Shown here piece after piece: positions 62,464-64,000 of a DNA stretch of 64,000 nucleotides. This DNA comes from Hyphochytrium catenoides (taxonomy: Eukaryota > Protista > Hyphochytriomycota), in assembly GCA_900088475.1 (NCBI GenBank), contig FLMG01003519.1, positions 20,103-84,102 of the forward strand, read 5' to 3'. The notes under the pieces are model-generated. The model saw only the letters and a program-made list of their open reading frames with translations, was not told the origin of the DNA and did not search any database. The translations under genes were made by a program, and so were the position numbers. Position 1 is the first letter of the stretch; the number at the start of each line of letters is the position of its first letter.

Positions 62464-63420
62464 ATGGCATCCTATCACAGTTTGGAGTCGTTTGGCGATT
62501 ACCTGGTCTCCGTAAAAGGACATGCTACTACAGAGCTTTTTGGAACGTACGAAGTTCGGATACAGACTGGAAGAGGCCTGGTATGGTCCGTCTCTCATAG
62601 GTTTGCAGATTTCGTGAGTCTGCGCCAACAACTTATGGAAAGGCTCAGAGTTCATGCGCTTAGGCATCACGCATGCCCATGTAATCTGGAGCTTCTCCGG
62701 AAGGAGCTCCGCTCCGCTTCTATTTTGCCATGGCGAAGACCCTTCGGCTCCAGGAGTGCTAAGGTGATTGACAGAAGGAGCTCCAAGCTGACGAAGTATC
62801 TGTGCAACCTCCTCAAGTTAATCTCCGTCCACATCAGCATTTCTCGCTGTTATATTGTGGAAGAGGCGATAAGTACGTACCTGAGGTCCTTCATCGACCC
62901 GGATGATGCGTATGTTGGCAAAGACAATCGTCGCAGGGCGGCAGAGAAACTGCTGCGCTCCTCTGCACTACATTGTACCAAAGACCGAGGAGGAACTCAA
63001 ACTTATGAAAGCAGGATTAGCTGTGTAATCTGTTGGGAGCCTATCCACCGGAGCTGTACACCACTTCAAGATCTATGCATATCAGAGAGTAGTAAGAATG
63101 TTGTTATGAATGTGTCTTCTTACAGGGAACCAGACTCCAAGAGGTTAGCTCGTGAAGGTTTCGCCTTTCAAGAGAGACATCGGCCCGCGGTTTCTGATGT
63201 CCCCAAGAAAGGGCAGTGCTCCCTGAATGGAGTCACGAGACTCTTGAGACTAGACAACGCGACTACAGAAATAGAGGAGGAGGGAACTTCGGGCGAGCCA
63301 CTAACCGCCACCACCGTTGTCATCCTGCGCTGCCAGCACATCTTTCATGAGCCCTGTCTTCTGCGCTGGCTAGAAACGCATAGTACATGTCCTTTGTGCC
63401 GTCAAGATGTTTACCAATAA
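62464..63420 (+). CDS. PX-domain + RING-H2 protein (RING split by a long insert), intronless
   Basis: PX motifs TYEVRIQ..WSVSHRFADFVSLRQQL..LPWRR..VIDRRSSKLTKYLCNLL. RING: CVIC...LRCQHIFHEPCLLRWLETHSTCPLCR. Likely ATG at 62464; the ORF is open from 62206. Confidence 0.85.
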   Translation: MASYHSLESFGDYLVSVKGHATTELFGTYEVRIQTGRGLVWSVSHRFADFVSLRQQLMERLRVHALRHHACPCNLELLRKELRSASILPWRRPFGSRSAKVIDRRSSKLTKYLCNLLKLISVHISISRCYIVEEAISTYLRSFIDPDDAYVGKDNRRRAAEKLLRSSALHCTKDRGGTQTYESRISCVICWEPIHRSCTPLQDLCISESSKNVVMNVSSYREPDSKRLAREGFAFQERHRPAVSDVPKKGQCSLNGVTRLLRLDNATTEIEEEGTSGEPLTATTVVILRCQHIFHEPCLLRWLETHSTCPLCRQDVYQ

Positions 63421-64000
63421 ACCCTATCAACCCACATAAATGCAAACTCACAACATTGACGGACGTCACACCAGAAATACGTAGTGTTATCAGCTTGATG
63501 ACAAGTATTGGTCGTCGTCGAGTCCTTCCTGTTGCAACTCATCAACAGGCGAGATGAAGAAGTGACCTAGTCGATTTGACCCAGCAGCGTCACATGAAGT
63601 GTGACATAACCGTCAATCAGGCATACATCCGCGTACTTTGTAGATTAGAACTATCATGGTGAAGCTTACGAGTGGTTGTACAAGCTCTCTTTCCTCAGGA
63701 CGGAGCTTCAGCTACCACTGCTGTCTCTCTCTGCAAAAGCTGCTTCGTCAAAGTGACGGCAATAGGCTTCCTCAACCGTTCAAGTCCCTACCTCAAAAGA
63801 CATAGCATTTTTGACTCCGTGTTGACAGGGTGAACAACAAGGGGGCCCAAAGTACGGGCTTACGACTAATTACAATTACGACTACTACAACAATTACAGA
63901 GGAAGTACTTGGGAATCGAAGGGTTTGAACTTCAACACCACACCTTGAACAGTGTTGGCAACTTTTTTTTTAAGCTTATTAAGTCTAGACTTATTAAGCT

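Noticed and set aside
63905-63960. tRNA or tRNA-derived SINE (GTTCAAACCC on the minus strand)
   Set aside because: Only a B-box-like word is present; I could not form a cloverleaf or find an A-box.

Overview
Eukaryotic genomic DNA with many short (mostly ~45-120 nt) GT-AG introns. The gene families (PX-RING, MARVEL-like, PLAC8, PH/FYVE-PI4K, WW-tailed myosin) suggest an oomycete or related stramenopile; this taxonomic call is inference. I reconstructed gene models by hand by splicing exons. From left to right: a decayed repeat-containing region (1-4 kb), a Cys-rich type I membrane protein, cytosolic leucyl-tRNA synthetase (~22 exons), a fusion of an integrase-Zn-finger-like domain with a PPC/DUF296 domain, a TMEM181/Wntless-like transporter fused to a class 3 lipase, two hypothetical genes, HINT, a dual-specificity phosphatase, an N-myristoylated RING-H2 ligase, a very large Sfi1-repeat/IQ-like gene, a myosin (5 IQ, coiled coil, WW), and a PH-FYVE-PI4-kinase with three separate coding lesions. 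The window ends in a block of intronless genes: an actinobacterial-type membrane protein (HGT candidate), PLAC8, MARVEL-like and PX-RING. The strongest novelty candidates are the two domain fusions, the HGT candidate and the lesioned PI4K. All family assignments come from motif recognition by eye, not from database searches.
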